Of a stretch of 44,830 nucleotides of DNA, positions 44,801 to 44,830 are shown piece after piece. Numbering within the stretch: the stretch's first letter is position 1; each line of letters starts with the position of its first letter. This DNA comes from a virus. Lineage: Duplodnaviria; Caudoviricetes. A program made the translations under genes and the position numbers. The stretch is from positions 1-44,830 of IMG/VR virus record IMGVR_UViG_3300029318_000015; one strand, written 5' to 3'. The notes beneath the pieces were generated by a model. That model did not search any database. It was not told where the DNA came from and saw nothing but the letters and a program-made list of their open reading frames with translations.

Positions 44801-44830
44801 TATGTTTGCTAAGGCTTTGCAATCATTGGG
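32853..44830 (+). CDS. giant tape measure protein (TP901-type core) with internal cargo modules; runs off window end
   Basis: AAGGAA RBS, ATG 32853, MALGRGNIEIDIRG...; core VEKALTDINVIL...FDVAKNTGQSFQSVSDAAVELSRQG...GSVIGNAFKSIFTRI; frame open at all spot checks up to 44830 (3992 codons); absent from the track, consistent with no stop codon in the window. Confidence 0.9.
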   Translation, partial: MALGRGNIEIDIRGNVDTAGIARQITAAEKKIRPLSISLDEKGFRQPLGKISGDLAEFQKSLDASVARTLAFGAAVGVINSVSDAFKGLINSAVEVEKALTDINVILNLNGQALQQFSDQLFDVAKNTGQSFQSVSDAAVELSRQGLGAEETLKRINDAMILTRLSGMDAAKSVETLTAAVNSFGDTALTTTDLVNKLATVDAAFAVSTEDLSNALARSGASAQAAKVDLNELLAAVTSVQQTTARGGSVIGNAFKSIFTRIQRSGVREALEEIGVSTTDAAGNIRGALDILQDYAGVYGTLTDAQRAYTDELVAGVFQINNLRALVKDLGSDYSIYNRALDQSNSATDEAIRRNEKLQGTLSSLINEASVNAKELAATLGDLIATPAIENLLNIFNSISGALKTALDPEEGSRLIQGLVTGIGKFLSGPGLIIIGAAFIKLFKFITQQSLKAVGEIFKIGSAANEVADAEAKIGFLLKNNRALYEAISNEALTHEQREELVLQTIKQQNQAYSQQQKLISRLASSRGIQSSISTRAQGFVPNASQGHIPKRAKSQKISNFANGLQGAIQAEKEAVSSRVGGASKSAKPKVIKNFPMGGGKRETVVANTDEVVVPKFGGGTGSAIFNQDMIKKFGMPKGAIPVSRGYVPNFAESKLQKDKQFQNILSDFRGINIDVQRDMSGFGMLSAKGARGNLSVKQKPGFTREQKLDIINTIGGSKLNKDDKNYLLTTIGSKKKTTFSNIPSQTIESADPKQIRGKVGALDNMINPYIADAVANVATNVYTRVLGDEVSAQNLVKTVRSSANADQGIISVGAQGDIFESAIRLGSKQSAKGLAKDDRTAIWDFEESGSITPDLKSLFFPGSNISKADAKRSGDQTSAGEVVTKAYKNTFDDQLRQIYARSWAPIVNAAVKAAPSKQKTERKRTGVNLAGGFVPNFITSIPDDIIRPFQPENYTNRIIVPPKEDDRTIEKKVSEIKPTQAFLKNPKRQRADSFDSFKALIDIEYDRRNIAQFEKISNPIANKLISGNTQWLNSIESASAKLVKKSLADPSAIKGIKTQIENYNLTKEAQSKGIKAQDVVAGKSAKGTAKQKEYWKKYRTTIKDGKFKSLKNLEQGIRDKTKGVIGEYVAAIKQGTTVNTKNSYFDLVNGKEVKTVRSIDASNLLKKGANEYLKTSNIFNEKAERKNLNKVTVIMPRDSKVNFADGFVPNFVGDKIGWKIDKSKGDYSITGSSLKLGGFSGYLNQVSEKNPKMVSPAAAAKFAKRVKEANAQTLKDREEASRKNPIGFGRQGAKHYSAMSMAANQEREISTKGLFIKDLGKHVKQYNKHSIFAADKFGSYDSFFSQGYIPNLINKPLSNKKPIQKRALDLHWISSVESSGTSELRRIYKDIEQSAKAGKPYTQIDAGFVVGPRIPKILVEGQKLLNKKRASGKNIPRMKLNGVMTPGDITKYIYQNKEKLAAGSKFITKADYMPGEEKEVEKYLRIMGLDPSSLNSVDLDEIRMFRNGFANGYIPSFANQVYDKDKIPPQIAGEILQNILSDKKKKDLFIGPSGVGKSTLAAKYGEFIKSLEDAQEATSYTILSGAGQTKAGGMSPALQKIINSVNKSGGRVSYLSASDKTIEERRQKRIGSPLKGDLRSEGQLKGTKHAPKNQPDFIDTIKRAANRFQIINAAEGIIPNFALSNSMIEGLRAKLRPGSGATEAEKKNARRILDKEESSTSFIKDAAIIDNLKFSKKQVEGAISDVADKRNSLDLDPQPIVIDQRDAIRFAEEYIKKVNKAKRAFTNEKLFGTPLSTSEISLALKGQGGYQRGKYIPKRFENMADGYIPNFANELSEVIERQGFVPNYVMSQKDFAKFSVAIAKFNRKNSITPPLKALDSRELIKIPKRNPEVARETVENVRQFISSDEYRALNPGIKKEVQKHYNKIAIRTGVADASRPFTRYSDPNFEGRIAAAKGLIPNFANVLQDAIEREKSALKEQGSSAKIYVDKDNRLKSPKNPMGLLVANRRDEPGGGFQGVNRAISTGLDPKMHGMASGYIPNFARVPTKNTVAMVDSMIGKTREVIASMGASGKASEQAKQHLENLITTLQKLMTSADGTDRQLNEVFFALEDATDTLEQAGKNLTTGDVKQIKKMQTGTLKEHGVDIVDTKKISKTSNDATVSLKKQSQANKEVEKTAESSLGKMIGIQIGLTTLETALTQTGIVAQDFSLTMTQLGFALGEGVDSIGDSLQGTKFEAFGNKIKGASGKIAIASVAAGLLADTYNNFLDPQKKLIRQLDKEVKAREEALNVISQNIEKIDKFATATARFSQAAEAGKVETAGKFMQELFNQAKDLGSLDSKAFENVINSIGDTEKLNKAIAEFKQAAAAGKDLKVVEKDFAELIKTVTQKVDSEQFLGIFGDIEDIDFSEFENDIKALGTTLTKNLSDQQVLQLSDALKGFNTQSGNSGEKMLQLQSIFGKFSGSTQKLFSENEKVTSSTLEQIKQQAEYAAAVIKAKEAFEIAQKPIEKLNSKLSELGNQLIATAQNTSSAIDLLSQTGKIEAASNLQTLQATGTVTQEGLAAGQAAADIKNTIARSAKEQEAALQSFAGEVIKSAQDGTTKLDDGVKNLIAGIDKGNISNEAAIKGLIEVQKTGSPEQKDAATKTIEELRKINQSTIKDTAVTNANLRSQLNAIKAQAIDFQRNTQLSEGQLASLGNINNTFKNNKGLLEGQLTKLTEVKASIELMEKLGADSEILAELKEQNRRSSQFENLQSAFEQLTGQTSESLDLQQLNNEIYNFDLSQVENETAQFIQALNEAVAEAVIASKDGGVKGQEDVEKASLVTFSSDEISALSTAMGQAVSDSLASALGIGPELASEINKAVDVNLVARAIEELATKNAANALSNAETMKELNQALVNSLQEADFGASSNSLEKAAASLERAAKTIESKFGSAAEGFVPNYAPTNGVQKALQTERKMGAKKPVVDSHPSIGTYVRDAATQPNFAAVKRDHPEGLNKASRNSRAIQEFTKARGFVPNFVSIEDASTGSTIADTGLGAIAAKGITKAGKKTIDKIKSIPKSELAKRTLSNAGRVLKGGSALSLGGKVMSELTEYFVGDISVPSDARLVESMYYGSQKGRDVPRFVDGNGLSTAMYWLDKNKIAEIADSRIPSTKAYLPNDLDSQAIELSKKIFDPRKEELFDLSRSRIPELKAWGSKYAREEWITNLLSDISKWSKVTGDWLSIGSALTLTVAPATGPAAPITAGVGLAGSGLSIASYGLGSAADILNYYLDTGMTTDQIEGLSESTLTPKLEQAMPTIFKKRAPNSDLFPVSAQDASARVLKSEPTNVSISKALEEITKGGYFTLDANQFLNGKTGGGPRLKIDSKDKQADSIISKFAKEYKAIKENGGFYDFSKRLVEENVNGSPNFFANLSKIKGFEDALGGDFKLKLPLSFGTEITDAPTLWSSEDLGKARQDLTEKIKSQEQQKLTLGQTIENLKSDQTDPNREVKLEDAQKEMEVLNSFINQNKSAENRVKNLKAKFDVSKDYFNKNKGNYDRFDGSSLLVFPSPINQEDVLKLRLPEPPAISDADLPKDFSINGYSRLSSGAAEAITQINNKQTDSINKIKELLALDFSDYLQNTALLRPQGVSKGIDEATKFLSKQKEDTTILGLKVGEKEVFGAEIAQLKEEKRVIDKFDKGEDLGGKDAEIAQNIFGNEGLDAADKIKQQEKELKNKQNNIRDALYLQTLGKRAEGFMGENAILEARSRIDRINDKKAGLISALDGIIAERERRLKIISNRPQRSGDDKMIERFSTEKQAAQQRKELYNSPQGTPFLYFTNGIPQEINGIRMPAPIWESDENHNEKFKKIQQVIKMQEQGVGLGKFVGDMTNIDLLAMMRDQPLNNGALLGAEFEDNFGQANVEQRRAVLERLGLVSQKMNQNQLENLFADPASFGDAQKLGQVMSTIRENLKSLSGGDNAFGFLVDEVLFHSKEAEQKAMFAKALQSL
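34461..41918 (+). repeat. 13 dispersed peptide-level repeats xxG(F/Y/I/L)(V/I)P(N/S)(F/Y/L) within the tape measure
   Basis: Copies start at 34461, 34782, 35643, 36465, 36888, 37383, 37875, 38325, 38376, 38721, 38961, 41667 and 41895. Confidence 0.92.

Noticed and set aside
1-44830. Alternative genetic code (stop-codon reassignment)
   Set aside because: Genes are intact and densely packed under code 11, and TAA, TAG and TGA all serve as stops at sensible gene ends.

Overview
This window is a fragment of a large tailed dsDNA phage genome (Caudoviricetes, siphovirus-like; no tail sheath gene seen; host cannot be determined from the sequence). (1) 1-7350 is an early-type accessory region of about 25 small genes that converge at ~4632-4734. 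About 15 of them have their own sigma70-like promoter placed for leaderless translation, and the region is punctuated by five copies of a 78-bp element with exact 25-28-25 geometry. (2) 7609-16374 holds an orphan Xre/MbcA/ParS antitoxin-like domain, PhoH, a TM+GAF (T4 holin T-like) protein, a sigma-like factor, a beta-helix protein, an ERCC4 nuclease, an S8 protease and the large terminase. (3) 16436-32824 encodes portal, protease/scaffold, capsid, neck proteins, five tail-tube-like paralogs and tail chaperones, many preceded by a GTGTA late-promoter-like motif. (4) 32853 to the end is a >3990-codon tape-measure gene missing from the ORF track. In it, 13 copies of a (A/S/R)xG(F/Y/I/L)(V/I)P(N/S)(F/Y/L) peptide motif delimit unrelated modules, including a P-loop kinase-like domain and two PD-(D/E)XK nuclease-like domains. 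The best candidates for undescribed systems are this modular tape-measure cargo array and the 78-bp element/leaderless-promoter architecture of the early region. All family assignments come from motif recognition by eye, not database searches.
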